Shown: positions 48,949 to 61,679, counted from the whole stretch's first letter. The stretch is DNA of 63,312 bases, filler included, from Octopus bimaculoides (GCF_001194135.2; 9 parts of 9 records of this genome joined end to end with filler, not necessarily neighbours in it), one strand, 5' to 3'. The notes: generated from the sequence alone by a model not told the origin. Made by a program: numbers and translations.

Positions 48949-49615
48949 TTAGTTTTTGAATTTAGACATGTAACAGAATCTAAGCCATCTTTCCATATCA
49001 CAAAGACCACACTTTCCACTGCCATTGGTGTAAGGCTTACACTTGGCTAAGATCTTCCAATGGATGTTGTAATTGACACCTTTTTCTTTTAAGGACCATA
49101 TATGACTGGATAATTTGGTTGTTTTTCTTTTATCCCGGTGTCTGAAGCTCAAGGTATGATTGTTGAACCTGGCTTTAAAATTCCCCTCTGTGAGACCCAC
49201 ATATTTCTTTGATGAAACTATGTCCTTAATGATTGTAGAGTCTACATTGGCTTCATAAATGATGGTCTCGGACATGCAAGCTCCATTTAGCAGGCACAGA
49301 TTTTTATCCCTGCATGAACAGCTGGTTTCATTTTGTTGTTTTTGTGTGTTGCATGTGGTTATATTCTTAAAATTAGTAGTTATGTCTATTGAAGAGCTTT
49401 CTGTAACTATGATTGATTGGAAAATGTCTATCTATATAAGTGATAAGAAATATTTACCTATATTAAAGGTCACTTTGTGGGAGTAAGGGGTTGTGAACCA
49501 GATAGTTTTCCTATTCCTATGTTTCCTTTTCTTTATGATTGGACTGGTAACAGGTGTATAGGTTATTTCCTCACTAAAACCACTATCTTTTAGACCATTG
49601 TTATATACTGGGGCA
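48949..49615 (-). mobile_element. Penelope-like element remnant: linker plus GIY-YIG endonuclease
   Basis: FNSVAPVYNNGLKDSGF...RNRKTIWF..PYSHKV..NIGKYFL..DRHFP...CSCRDKNLCLLNGACMSETIIYEA...YVGLTEGNFKARFNNHTLSF...LSSHIWSLK...WKILAKCKPY...CGLC. Confidence 0.9.
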
Positions 49616-49737
49616 ACACTATTAAAAATGTCCCTATCGGAGGAGAGGCTCCTATTATAAACTTCATGTTTTCATTTTATTTTATTTGTTTTTTCATTAA
49701 GCCTTACATTGAATTCTATAATATTTGTTTGATTTAG

Positions 49738-49809
49738 ATTATTGCAGTTGGAATAACTGGAATCATTACAGGACAGAAGTCAAATTCGTATTCAAAAGAC
49801 CAAAGAATG
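49738..49809 (+). CDS. MS4A/CD20-like protein, second coding exon
   Basis: TTTGTTTGATTTAG acceptor, IIAVGITGIITGQKSNSYSKDQRM, GTAAAT donor; phase 0-0, in frame with the previous exon (W-IIAVGITGI resembles MS4A TM2). Confidence 0.75.
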
Positions 49810-50735
49810 GTAAATGTTTCTTTGATTTTTAATGTTTTTTCCTTCAAATTTTCAGTGCATTTTTGAAAATCAAAAATTGTAAGACCTTAGCCAATCCTCT
49901 ATTCATAAGAATTTCCAGGTTGGCACTGCTTTTATTCCTGAGATGAATGGATGTAAGATGCTGTCTATTGCTATTTCATAATCTTAGAGCTATTTATGTG
50001 CTTTAATCAACAAAAACAATAAATAGATGATTCTTAAAAACGAAACTATAAAAAAAAAAAAGCAACAATCTAATGTGAATATGCACACACAGACACACAC
50101 ACACAACAGCTCTTCTAAATCCCCTTGAACTGGAAGATTTTTTGTTACCACCTGGCTTATATCAAGGATTTCCTGCCAAAAATATTAATTTTCTCTCTTG
50201 GAGATAGCAATCTGGATAATTTGCATAAGAATAGTTTGTGATTTATTGAACATTATGAAACAGTTCTGTTTTGAAATGATTTAACTTGAAGCAAATAAAG
50301 CTGTTAATAATAGCCTGTAAATATTGGGTTTTCTCTCCTATTTAAATATTAACATTAAAAAAAATGTAATTAAATGTAAGGATATCATAAACTGCTTGTT
50401 AGTGACAATCCTGACAACAATAACAATAACATCAACAATAGTATAACACAAAAATGTAAATAAGTAAATAAACAGAATGAAATATATACCACCAACCATT
50501 GTGAATTATAAACAATAAACTTTATTATAATCTCTGAGGTGTGAAAGAGAATGTTAGTAAAGAATGATATAAGTTATGACTGTTTCTATGACAGACCACA
50601 TACGAGACAAAGTTTGAATAATTTTGTATAGGTACATATATATGTTAATGAAATTCCAACATGATCTGATTTTTACAATTTGATTTTGTATTTTTCTCAG
50701 TTTTACTATTTTACAATATTGCGTATTATAATTAA

Positions 50736-50955
50736 CCCTTTCATTACTGTATTTATTTCTCTGTCCTTCTTTCAATTAATTTTAAATAATTAATTTTAAA
50801 GAATTTAGTAAAATAACTTAGTTATCGTTAAGCTAGTGTTAGGAACATAAATTATGACTAAGGTTTGGTGGAAGATTTTAATTCAAAACTTATGAAATCA
50901 AGACATTTGTACTTCAGAGCCAGAGGCAGTTTCAACTGGGTTGGTATTGAAAGGG
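50736..50955. mobile_element. piggyBac-type MITE
   Basis: TTAA-CCCTTTCATTAC ... GTATTGAAAGGG-TTAA: TIRs plus a TTAA duplication. Confidence 0.8.
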
Positions 50956-52289
50956 TTAAACAAGTACTTTCATGCTTTCCTCAACCTTCAGTTTTATATA
51001 GTAGCAATATTAACTAGGAGTTATGTTTCACAATTGATAACTGTAGTGGAATGCTTGAATATATTCCTTAAATACTTTCCAGTAGGCTCCAGCAAACTGA
51101 ATTTTATAAATTGTATTTTAATTAATCAGTGTGTGGTTTGTTGAGCATGACAACATAATTGATATTGACAGTGTATTATTCATAGGAATTCTTTAATCAA
51201 TCAAATTGTGGGTTAGACATCACAACTTGCTGAGTGCACCACACAATATGCTTATTCATTGAAATATTTTTATCAGATTTATCTATAAAGGATTCAGCCA
51301 CATTCAGATGTTGAAGAACACTTGATACCATTAACAGTATTCCTATGTTAAATGAATTTAATATTAGTTGAAATTCCTACAGTTTCAATTTGAATTAATA
51401 TTGATATTATTATTGTTGAGTGAGAGAGCAGCAGACACCTTCAAAGTGGTGCTGGGGTACAAATATACAAAGCCCCATATAACCATCACAACTGCCTGTC
51501 TGATAGGAATGCAGCAGACATATGTATCAAAGCTATATGTGTGCGACATGGTGACCTCATATCAAGATAAACAGTGTGTGACCTTGCAGACGAGGCATTG
51601 GTAGAATTTTCTTCAGGTCAAGTAGCCCATCCAACTCAAAAGTTCCCTGAAAAAGGGTCAAGGATGATAAATGAAACACCCATGTTTCCAGATATGAATT
51701 ATTGAAACCTTAAAGAATCCCTCTCAACACATGGTTATGATAGTCCCAAGCAACACCTGCTTGTGATCAGAGGTGCACGTATCATCAACCACTAAAGGAC
51801 ATCCTCAATTGGTTTTATGCAAGTAATGGACAAGGAAATCTGTGATATTGAGCTGAATATTTACTGTAGCCTATCTTTTACACCAAGACAAAAGATGCAC
51901 ATGTTAACAGTTCCAATCAGTTAAAATCAAAAGCCATGCAAATGAACACATCTCTACTCCACCATATCACCCAGGATCAAACAGGCAAGTGGAATGTGGA
52001 TACGTTTAAAAGAACATTACAAGAATCAAGAAATGAGCTAGTTGATGATGATGCAGAATTGACACAATTCTTGAGGGTTTATAGTATATCAAACCCAATC
52101 ACTTGCTCAGGCAACTTGCCTGTGAAACTAATGTTTGCTTGAAAAATAAAGTCAATTTTTGACAAACTGTTACCAGTAAAAAAAAAAAAACAAATAGGGA
52201 AAACAGCGCATTTGCTGATTGAAAACAGTGCATTTGCTGCCTCTTTCATCATCAGGGGGAAGCGGCATGTCAAAGCATTAAACTAGCTA

Positions 52290-52847
52290 CAGTAAACAGT
52301 AAAAAGCATTAAAACATTAGCAAGCAAATTAAATATTTAAAAGCTATGAGCAAACCAACAGGAGTGCTAGAAATAACAGTCAAAATATTGCTTAAAATAG
52401 ATATTTATTAGTTAAAAAAATTCAAGAATGAAAGTTTGCAATACACTCAAGGATTTTATAAAATAAATTATCTTCCTCATATCTCCTTCTCCACATAAAT
52501 TCAGAAAGATAAGAGTCAACCATGGAATGGTATGTCCAATACTGGCTTTTGTTTCCATGCTTTAAAACTGCCAAGATACTTTCAATTTGTTGAGGGTGGT
52601 TACATTCCTTGTGCGCATGTGCAGCATCTTTGGTTACTGTGGAAACAGAGTTCTTCACCACAGTGATGTGTAAAATATTCGCTTCTGATTGGCTAAAATA
52701 CCTAAATTTTGCAAATTTTAAAGGCTAATAAATTTATAGGAAAAATGAACTTCATTTTCATAATTAGTATACAAAACTTTATCCATATACCAAATTTGAA
52801 AACAATTGGAGCAAAATTGCAGAGAGTGACGAAAGCTACAAAGATCC
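52290..52847 (-). mobile_element. Second copy of the non-autonomous Merlin derivative
   Basis: Terminus and 52680-52847 match 38630-38820; carries QQIESILAVLKHGNKSQYWTYHSMVDSYLSEFMWRRRYEEDNLFYKILECIANFHS*. Confidence 0.85.
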
Positions 52848-52965
52848 TAAATGTATATACATGCATACATTTATGTAAACACACACACACACAAACCCCT
52901 TGTGCACACAAATATATATATAAGAGAAGATAAATAAAGTGCTTTCATTTTTTTTTTTTTTTCAG

Positions 52966-53055
52966 AGAATTGTCTATTTAGTTTTAAGCATTTTGTCAGC
53001 AGCTGTGCTTTCACTTGGTGGAATTACTGCTTTTGCTTTCCAAGCTATTTGGTTT
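52966..53055 (+). CDS. MS4A/CD20-like protein, third coding exon
   Basis: Poly-T CAG acceptor, RIVYLVLSILSAAVLSLGGITAFAFQAIWF, GTAAGT donor at 53056; hydrophobic TM3-like segment; downstream exon(s) not identified. Confidence 0.8.
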
Positions 53056-53164
53056 GTAAGTATATTTTTACTTGAATTATTGTGTAGAATTTTATTGTTT
53101 CTGGAGAGAGTTATTCTCTTTTGGTGCCTTATTATTTAACACACACACTGGTTTGATTTCCACT

Positions 53165-53359
53165 CATTTACTTACTCTTTTACTCGTTTCAGTCATTTGA
53201 CTGTGGCCATGCTGGAGCACCACCTTTAGTCAAACTAATCGACCCCAGCACTTATTCTTTGTAAGCCTAGTACTTATTCTATTGGTCTCTGTTGCCGAAC
53301 TGCTAAGTTTTGGGGACGTGAACACACATCAGTTATCAAGTGATGGTGGGGGGATAAAC

Positions 53360-53375
<16 letters not shown>
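53165..53375 (-). mobile_element. SINE family A, 3' part
   Basis: Tail motifs in reverse orientation. Confidence 0.85.
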
Positions 53376-53416
<41 letters not shown>

Positions 53417-53503
53417 AATTTAAGGAATGGAGAAAACGCATGTTATAATTGCATACTTTNNNNNNNNNNNNNNNNNNNNNNNNNNNNNNNNNNNNNNNNN
53501 NNN

Positions 53504-53515
53504 TTAATTAATTAA
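53504..53515. other. Artificial contig-joining spacer
   Basis: TTAATTAATTAA within a 100-nt N spacer. Confidence 0.95.
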
Positions 53516-53699
53516 NNNNNNNNNNNNNNNNNNNNNNNNNNNNNNNNNNNNNNNNNNNNCTGTTCGTACACATGCATCATACAGTCTGCCTTTTACTCTG
53601 AGTGACAGTTCCTTTGTCACCAGCAGAAGTAAGAGCCCTCTGAACTTTGCCCAGGCTATTCTTATTCTAGCAGCTACACTTTCAGCTCACCCTCCCCCA

Positions 53700-56600
53700 C
53701 TACTAACTTGGTCACCCCTCGTTATCGAGTATGGGCATTGCACGAAGCTTAACTTAAGGGTGCTGTGATTGAATGTGACTTTTTAGCCCAGCCAAAGATC
53801 TACAATGTCTTGCACAGTTGGCATCCAAAACCTTTACTGGCAATAGCTGGCTGTTGTTGTAATTGGGCTCCATGTACCTTTGTGTGTCGTTGAAGTCCTC
53901 CTGCTGAATCACACTCCCTTCCACATGCCCGACAGACATGATTAGTATGGTGTGTGGCATCATCACCAGCAGCCTGGTAGTCAATCATCGGTCTTGCTTT
54001 ATGACTACAAAGATGACTCATAAGCCCAGCTTTACTGAGGNNNNNNNNNNNNNNNNNNNNNNNNNNNNNNNNNNNNNNNNNNNNNNNNNNNNNNNNNNNN
54101 NNNNNNNNNNNNNNNNNNNNNNNNNNNNNNNNNNNNNNNNNNNNNNNNNNNNNNNNNNNNNNNNNNNNNNNNNNNNNNNNNNNNNNNNNNNNNNNNNNNN
54201 NNNNNNNNNNNNNNNNNNNNNNNNNNNNNNNNNNNNNNNNNNNNNNNNNNNNNNNNNNNNNNNNNNNNNNNNNNNNNNNNNNNNNNNNNNNNNNNNNNNN
54301 NNNNNNNNNNNNNNNNNNNNNNNNNNNNNNNNNNNNNNNNNNNNNNNNNNNNNNNNNNNNNNNNNNNNNNNNNNNNNNNNNNNNNNNNNNNNNNNNNNNN
54401 NNNNNNNNNNNNNNNNNNNNNNNNNNNNNNNNNNNNNNNNNNNNNNNNNNNNNNNNNNNNNNNNNNNNNNNNNNNNNNNNNNNNNNNNNNNNNNNNNNNN
54501 NNNNNNNNNNNNNNNNNNNNNNNNNNNNNNNNNNNNNNNNNNNNNNNNNNNNNNNNNNNNNNNNNNNNNNNNNNNNNNNNNNNNNNNNNNNNNNNNNNNN
54601 NNNNNNNNNTTCTCAAAAATAGTTGTCCCCTCATGCACAATCCTTCTCCACCTGCCACAGTCAGTAGCTATGCCTTCCCCCATGTTAGGAGAGATGTTGG
54701 CATCTCTCAAGGAAACCTTCAGCAAGTCTTTATATCTCTTTTTTGGTTTATGTGGAGGTTGTTCTCCTTTAGCTAACTCTCCATAAAAGTGTTGTTTTGG
54801 CATCCTTGAATCTTTCATCCTGACCAGATGACCACTCCATCTGAGCCTTTGCTTCAACACAAGAGCTTCTACGCTTTCACACCGAGAGCTTTCCAATATC
54901 TCAAGATCACTGATGCGGTCCTCCCAGTTTATGCTACAGATCCGTCTGAGACACATCTGATGGAAACATTCCAGTTGTTTAAGGTGGTAATGATATGTGA
55001 CCCAGGTCTCGCAGGAATAAAGAAGAGAAGAGAGTACACACGCCTTGTACACCTTTATCCTTGTCTTCCTGCATATGTCTCGCCGACCCCAGAGATGTCT
55101 TTCTAGCCTTCCGAAAGCATCACTTGCTTTCCTAATTCTATATGGAATTTCATTGTCCAAATTGCCATATCTATTAACAGTGCTTCCCAGGTAGACAAAC
55201 TAATCAACTACACCAAGTCTTCTACCATACACATAGATATTTGGTTCAATATACTGCTTACCAGGGTGAGGTTGGTACATGACAACAGTTTTCTTGAGAT
55301 TGACTGTCATTCCTAAGGCAGTGCAAGCATCAGAGAATGCATTCAAAATGTGTTGCATATCAATCTCTGTGTGCACTACTAGATCACAATCATCTGCATA
55401 CAAAAGGTCTCTTATGATAGAGGTAAATACTTTTGTTTTTGCAGCAAAGCGCCTGATATTAAATATGCTGCCANNNNNNNNNNNNNNNNNNNNNNNNNNN
55501 NNNNNNNNNNNNNNNNNNNNNNNNNNNNNNNNNNNNNNNNNNNNNNNNNNNNNNNNNNNNNNNNNNNNNNNNNNNNNNNNNNNNNNNNNNNNNNNNNNNN
55601 NNNNNNNNNNNNNNNNNNNNNNNNNNNNNNNNNNNNNNNNNNNNNNNNNNNNNNNNNNNNNNNNNNNNNNNNNNNNNNNNNNNAACCATCGCAAAATATA
55701 TGGCGAATAGAGTCGGTGCCAGAATATCCCCTTGCTTCACTCCATTTTGTATTGAAATGGGCTCCGACATTTTACCTCTAACATTAACCCTACCCTTCAT
55801 GTCTTCATGAAAAGACCTAACCACAGCAAGGAACTTTTCAGGACAACCAAGTTTCTGGAGGATTTTCCATAGTGCTTTTCTATTAACTGTATCAAAGGCC
55901 TTTGTCAGATCGACAAAAACCTGATATAAATCGAGACCCTGTTCCACACATTTTTCCTGAAGCTGTCTAGCTGAGAAGATCACATCAGCAGTGCCACGTC
56001 CCACACGAAGACCAGATTGACTGTCTGTAAGAACACAATCTGCAACGTGTTTCAACAGACGGTCCAGAAGTACCCTGCGTAAAACCTTTCCTACGACAGA
56101 AAGCAATGATATTCCCCTGTAGTTACCACAATCATTCCTGTTACCCTTTGCTTTTTATAAGACCATCATTACTGTATCTCTCCAGTCCTCAGGTACAGAT
56201 TCACTATCCCATATCCTGCCAAACAAGGAGTGAAGTTGCTGTAGAAGTCTCTCACCACCATGCTGCAACAACTCTGCATGAATGCCATCCATACCCGGAG
56301 ACATCCCATTATTCATCCTTGAGACAGCCACTGCAACTTCTTCCAACATAGCTGCTCTCACAAGTAATTCAGGGATGTGATTGAGAACATCCTCACTAAC
56401 TATAGACTGCTGATTCAAGAGTTCATCAAAGTGTTCTTGCCACCTTTGCAAAATTCCTTGTGAATCACGAAGAAATTCTTCACCATCCCTGCTTCGAAGT
56501 GGTGTCATCAGAGAAGAAGTCGGTCCATAAACTTCTCGCTAGAGACCATATAACAGCTTTGTGTTATTGGAATCCGATGCCACCTGTATCTCATCAGCCT

Positions 56601-58290
56601 TCTTACTCCACCTGGTATCCCTTATTTGAGAGAGCCTCCAGCTCACACGTGATTTCACATCCTTGAGTTCCCTATGCAATACATCTCACTCCTGTGGCTT
56701 TGCTGACAAATAGTGTGACAAAGTACGTCTTTTAATGGCCAATAAATCATCTATATGTTCATCATTTTCTTTAAACCAATCTTGATGCTTTCTTTGTATC
56801 AATTCCAGAACTTTCCTGCCTATATCGTAAACTGACTTTTTAAGGGTCTGCCAATCCTACCCAAAATCTGCAACATTCATTTTTTTCTCGTAAAGTTCTC
56901 TTCACGCCATTACAACTAAGACGAGCAACATTCAGTCTTTTAGGCAGGGTAATACCTGCAGCCCGGATTTTACGTTTTGTGATTAATTTGGCTTTTGCAT
57001 GTACCAGGCGGTCGTCAGTCCAACACTCAGCTCCACAAAGAACACGAACGCACCGCACATCACATCTGTCACGCATCCTAACAAGGTTGTAATCCAGAAT
57101 ATGCCACTCTTTAGATGCAGGGTGCATCCATGTGGTCTTAAACTTATTCTTTTGCTGAAACATGGTATTGGTAACACACAGACGCAGCTCCTCGCACATC
57201 TGCAGCAGAAGCATACCATTACTATTACACTTTCCCACCCCATGCTTTCCAATTACTGTCCATGTGTTAAAATCCCTACCCACTCTAGCATTAAAGTCAC
57301 CCAGTACAATGACTTTGTCTGCCCTAGGGAGTTTCTTATAATGCCCTTCAAAGCATGGTAGAAAGAAACTTTTTCGTCATTAGTAGAGCACATAGTTGGA
57401 GCATACACACTTACCAAGGTTAAATAATTTCCTTTAACCAAAGGAATTTTCATGGACATAAGCCGCTCGTTAATCCCGACTGGGAATTCTTCCAACATGT
57501 CCACAAGAGTAGTCTTAACAGCAAATGCCACTCCAGCCTCTCCTCAAAACTCTTCATCTCTCCCTTTCCAAAAGAATGTATATCTTCCACAAGATTCTGT
57601 AAGATGACCATCTCCAGCCAGTCTCGTCTCAGACAAAGCAACGATATCAAGATCATAGCGTCGAAGCTCCTTCGCAACAAGAGCAGTCCTGCATTCAGGA
57701 CATTCTGAGGGCTTGCGGTCAAGCAGTGTTCGTACATTCCAACAGCTAATATTTAGTATTTTATTTGGTTCTATCACAGTAGCATGATGACAGCCGGGTT
57801 CAGACTGATGCTCGGATACCCTGCCAGGCCAGACTCTTTCATCTGATGTGGTTCCAGAGTCCTTACTGCCATTTATTTTTTTACTGTTTTGGTACATCAT
57901 TGATTGTTTGCTTTTTAAAGCTGCAGCCAGCCATTTGGTTGAGACTCACAGCACTATCAACAATCATCAATTAGTTAATTGATTAATCAATCAATCCATG
58001 TTGTTACCGTGCTGTGCCTGTGCAAGAAGATTGTTTTTAAAGTGAGGAAAGGCTGTGCACTGAGTCAATCCCACTCACTAAGCAACAGTAGCCATAACCC
58101 GAAAAGAAGAACAATTCAACATCATCGGTTACCACTGAGCCGCAGGTTTTATGTCGGAGTTATCCCAGTTGCCTGAGTTGCCTTTTCCTAGAAGGATGCC
58201 CTAACAATGGCTAGGGGTCCTTCACTCCCAATGGTTTAACCGCGCGATCGGGTATTCAGTCCGATTATTTCTATGTCCCTACGCAAAAAA
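53700..58290 (-). mobile_element. Nearly full-length, decayed RTE-clade LINE
   Basis: APE endonuclease (SCWNVRTL, DIVALSETR, VYAPT, NSNG..LL, WMHP..K.WH.LDY), RT (SLLSVVGKVL, FVDLTKAFDTV, GVKQGDILAPTLF, DLLYADD), post-RT LRWSGHLVRM and two terminal C2H2 fingers; split by frameshifts, stops and two gaps. Confidence 0.95.
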
Positions 58291-58337
58291 CAGNNNNNNN
58301 NNNNNNNNNNNNNNNNNNNNNNNNNNNNNNNNNNNNN

Positions 58338-58349
58338 TTAATTAATTAA
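58338..58349. other. Artificial contig-joining spacer
   Basis: TTAATTAATTAA within a 100-nt N spacer. Confidence 0.95.
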
Positions 58350-58774
58350 NNNNNNNNNNNNNNNNNNNNNNNNNNNNNNNNNNNNNNNNNNNNATATATA
58401 TATATATAGTTACATATGGTTATATATATGTATACATATGTATGTGTATATGCATATATATATATATGTATGTATATAATTTTATATATACACGCGTATG
58501 CATATATATAGATGTACATATGTATATATATATGCATAAGCATGTGTATGAATGTATGCATATTTTAATGCATACATATATATGCACATATATTTGTATA
58601 CACATAAATTTATATACACATACATTCATGTATGCATATATAAACACTCAAACACACACACACGCACACACGCATACATACACACACACACGCATACACT
58701 CTTACACTTATACACAGCAAACAAAAACACAAGCCAATAAGGTACATCGTTACAAAACACACACATATTATATT

Positions 58775-58925
58775 CGCGTCGCCATCTTGCTTTTCTCCGC
58801 TGAACTTCCAACACAAACTCCAAATGCAATTTTTATTTTAATTCCATACAATAGATTTAATTTGAATGAAGCGTTAACACTTCCGGTTTCATATCAAATT
58901 CCGTTTTGTATCACGTGACGCAGTT
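58775..58925. promoter_or_regulatory. Candidate housekeeping-type promoter
   Basis: YY1-like CGCCATCTTG, ETS-like CACTTCCGGT and E-box TCACGTGAC within ~150 bp of CpG-containing unique sequence. Confidence 0.4.
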
Positions 58926-59817
58926 TCCCTTACAAACCGTTCGCAACAATGGATGCGAAACTCTTTCTGTCCATGCATTTTAGTGCTGTTGTTGTTGTTG
59001 TTGTTGGTGTTGGTGTTGTTGCTGTCGTCGGTGGTAGCGGTAGTGGTTGGGTGGTGGTGGTGTTGGTGCTAGCAGTGGTGTTGGCGGTTTTGGTATTGTT
59101 GTTCGTAGTAGTGGTGGTAGTGGTGGTGGTGGTGNNNNNNNNNNNNNNNNNNNNNNNNNNNNNNNNNNNNNNNNNNNNNNNNNNNNNNNNNNNNNNNNNN
59201 NNNNNNNNNNNNNNNNNNNNNNNNNNNNNNNNNNNNNNNNNNNNNNNNNNNNNNNNNNNNNNNNNNNNNNNNNNNNNNNNNNNNNNNNNNNNNNNNNNNN
59301 NNNNNNNNNNNNNNNNNNNNNNNNNNNNNNNNNNNNNNNNNNNNNNNNNNNNNNNNNNNNNNNNNNNNNNNNNNNNNNNNNNNNNNNNNNNNNNNNNNNN
59401 NNNNNNNNNNNNNNNNNNNNNNNNNNNNNNNNNNNNNNNNNNNNNNNNNNNNNNNNNNNNNNNNNNNNNNNNNNNNNNNNNNNNNNNNNNNNNNNNNNNN
59501 NNNNNNNNNNNNNNNNNNNNNNNNNNNNNNNNNNNNNNNNNNNNNNNNNNNNNNNNNNNNNNNNNNNNNNNNNNNNNNNNNNNNNNNNNNNNNNNNNNNN
59601 NNNNNNNNNNNNNNNNNNNNNNNNNNNNNNNNNNNNNNNNNNNNNNNNNNNNNNNNNNNNNNNNNNNNNNNNNNNNNNNNNNNNNNNNNNNNNNNNNNNN
59701 NNNNNNNNNNNNNNNNNNNNNNNNNNNNNNNNNNNNNNNNNNNNNNNNNNNNNNNNNNNNNNNNNNNNNNNNNNNNNNNNNNNNNNNNNNNNNNNNNNNN
59801 NNNNNNNNNNNNNNNNN

Positions 59818-59851
<34 letters not shown>

Positions 59852-59859
59852 GTACATAC

Positions 59860-60220
59860 ATCACTGCATGGCACCATAGGCAACAGTCTGCTACTATTTC
59901 TCGCGATGATCAATGTCTTGTAAGTGGATTTGGTAAACGGAAACTGTAGAAGACAAACCGGAAACTGAAAGAAGCCCGTCGTATATATGTATGTGTGTGT
60001 ATATGTCTGTGTCTGTGTTTGTCCCCCCAACATCGCTTGACAACCGATGCAGGTGTGTTTACGTTCCCGTAACTTAGTGGTTCGGCAAAGGAGTCCGATA
60101 GCATAAGTACTAGGTTTCCAAAGAATAAATCCTGGGATCGATTTCTTCGACTAAAAATCCCTAAAAAAGGTGTGTGCTCCAGCATGGCCTTAGTCAAATG
60201 ACTGAAACAAGTAAAAGAGA
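59860..60220 (+). mobile_element. SINE family A
   Basis: Body and tail motifs as at 4042-4450. Confidence 0.8.
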
Positions 60221-60539
60221 TCCCTTTCTTTTCTTTAACATTCTTTTAAATCTCCCCTCCTCCTCTTTTTGCCTTTCTTTTTCTCTCTCTTTCCCTGCCT
60301 ATCTCCCCCCTCTCACCTTTCTTTCTTTCTTTCTTTCTTATTGTCTTTCTTTTTCCTCCTTCCATCCCTCCTCTCTTTTCTCTATCATTTCTCTCTCTCT
60401 CTCTCTCTCTTCGTTTCAATCTTGCTGCAATATTTTTTTGCCTTCCCCCCACCCTATCCCCAAGAGTCCGCCCCCTATTCCTCACCTTTTCATCCAACTC
60501 CCCACCCAGCTCCCTTACTTTTTTCTCAGCACCCTAACA

Positions 60540-61010
60540 CCCCCACCACCACTACTACCACTACCACCACCCCAACCTCACGAACTACTACACCACCATC
60601 CCCCACANNNNNNNNNNNNNNNNNNNNNNNNNNNNNNNNNNNNNNNNNNNNTTAATTAATTAANNNNNNNNNNNNNNNNNNNNNNNNNNNNNNNNNNNNN
60701 NNNNNNNGCCACCACCACCACCACCAACAACAACAACACCACCATCACCACCTCTAGTAACAGCAGCAGTACTGCCGTCACCACTACAACGATAACCACC
60801 ACCCCCTTACCATCAGTGCTACTAGTACCACCAACACCATCATCACCATCATCACCATCATCACCACTACAGCTACAAGCACCCTATCATCTCTAGTAAC
60901 GCTACCCCACCACCATCAGCATCACCATCATTACCACAAGCAGTACCAGACCACCACTACAACCATAACCAACACCAATCACCACCAATCACCTACGCTT
61001 CTCACCATCA
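60540..61010. repeat. (CAC/CAT/CAA)n degenerate trinucleotide tracts on either side of a spacer
   Basis: Low-complexity sequence. Confidence 0.85.
60652..60663. other. Artificial contig-joining spacer
   Basis: TTAATTAATTAA within a 100-nt N spacer. Confidence 0.95.
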
Positions 61011-61094
61011 TTCATTAAAATATGTTACTTGGTAATTAGCTATAGCTGTGAGATTCCAGGTTCGAATCCCAATATTTACTCAACATGTTTTCTC

Positions 61095-61290
61095 AAGCAA
61101 GACTCACAGATAACAGGTGAGCCCGAGCAGTTTTCAAGTGGTGTCCCGATGGAGCAGAAAAGGCCACTTGGAAGGCCACGACGATGATGGGAAGACGATT
61201 TTGTCAAACGATTTGGATCAAAATGGAAAAGAATGGAGCAATGAAAACAGAATTGGAAGCGCATTGTGAACAGCGTTGTACAATGTCATC
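61095..61290 (+). mobile_element. RTE LINE C-terminal fragment
   Basis: ARLTDNR*ARAVFKWCP/EQKRPLGRPRR*WEDDFVKRFGSKWKRM matches the RTE post-RT motif R.TD.RW...V..W.P...KR..GRP..RW.DD. Confidence 0.75.
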
Positions 61291-61679
61291 TGATGGTATG
61301 GTCAATACTGTGATTTTATAAGGTCCAATATAATGAAATCAATGACAACCTCTCTTCCCCACTGTCTCTGTCTCTCTGTCCAGAGTCTATTGTAACGAGG
61401 CTTTTAATCTCATCATATTTATACATACATACATACATATACACATGTATGTATATATGTATGTATGTGTGTGTGTGTGTGTGTGTGCGTGCGTGCGAAT
61501 GTATTTACGTACGTACGCTTGTATACATCAATATACGTATCTAAATATGTAAGTGTGTGTGTGAGTATGCGCGTATGTGTACGCATGCATATATGTATAT
61601 GTATGTACCCGTTCTCGCCTGCTGATCGCAGTGACGTGAAACCGGAGTCGCATGATAAATATCTATTTTCAAGAAACTG

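Noticed and set aside
51936-52142. 68-aa ORF as an extra exon of the MS4A-like gene
   Set aside because: It has no fitting splice sites and no hydrophobic segment; DTFKRTL is more like a decayed LINE C-terminus.
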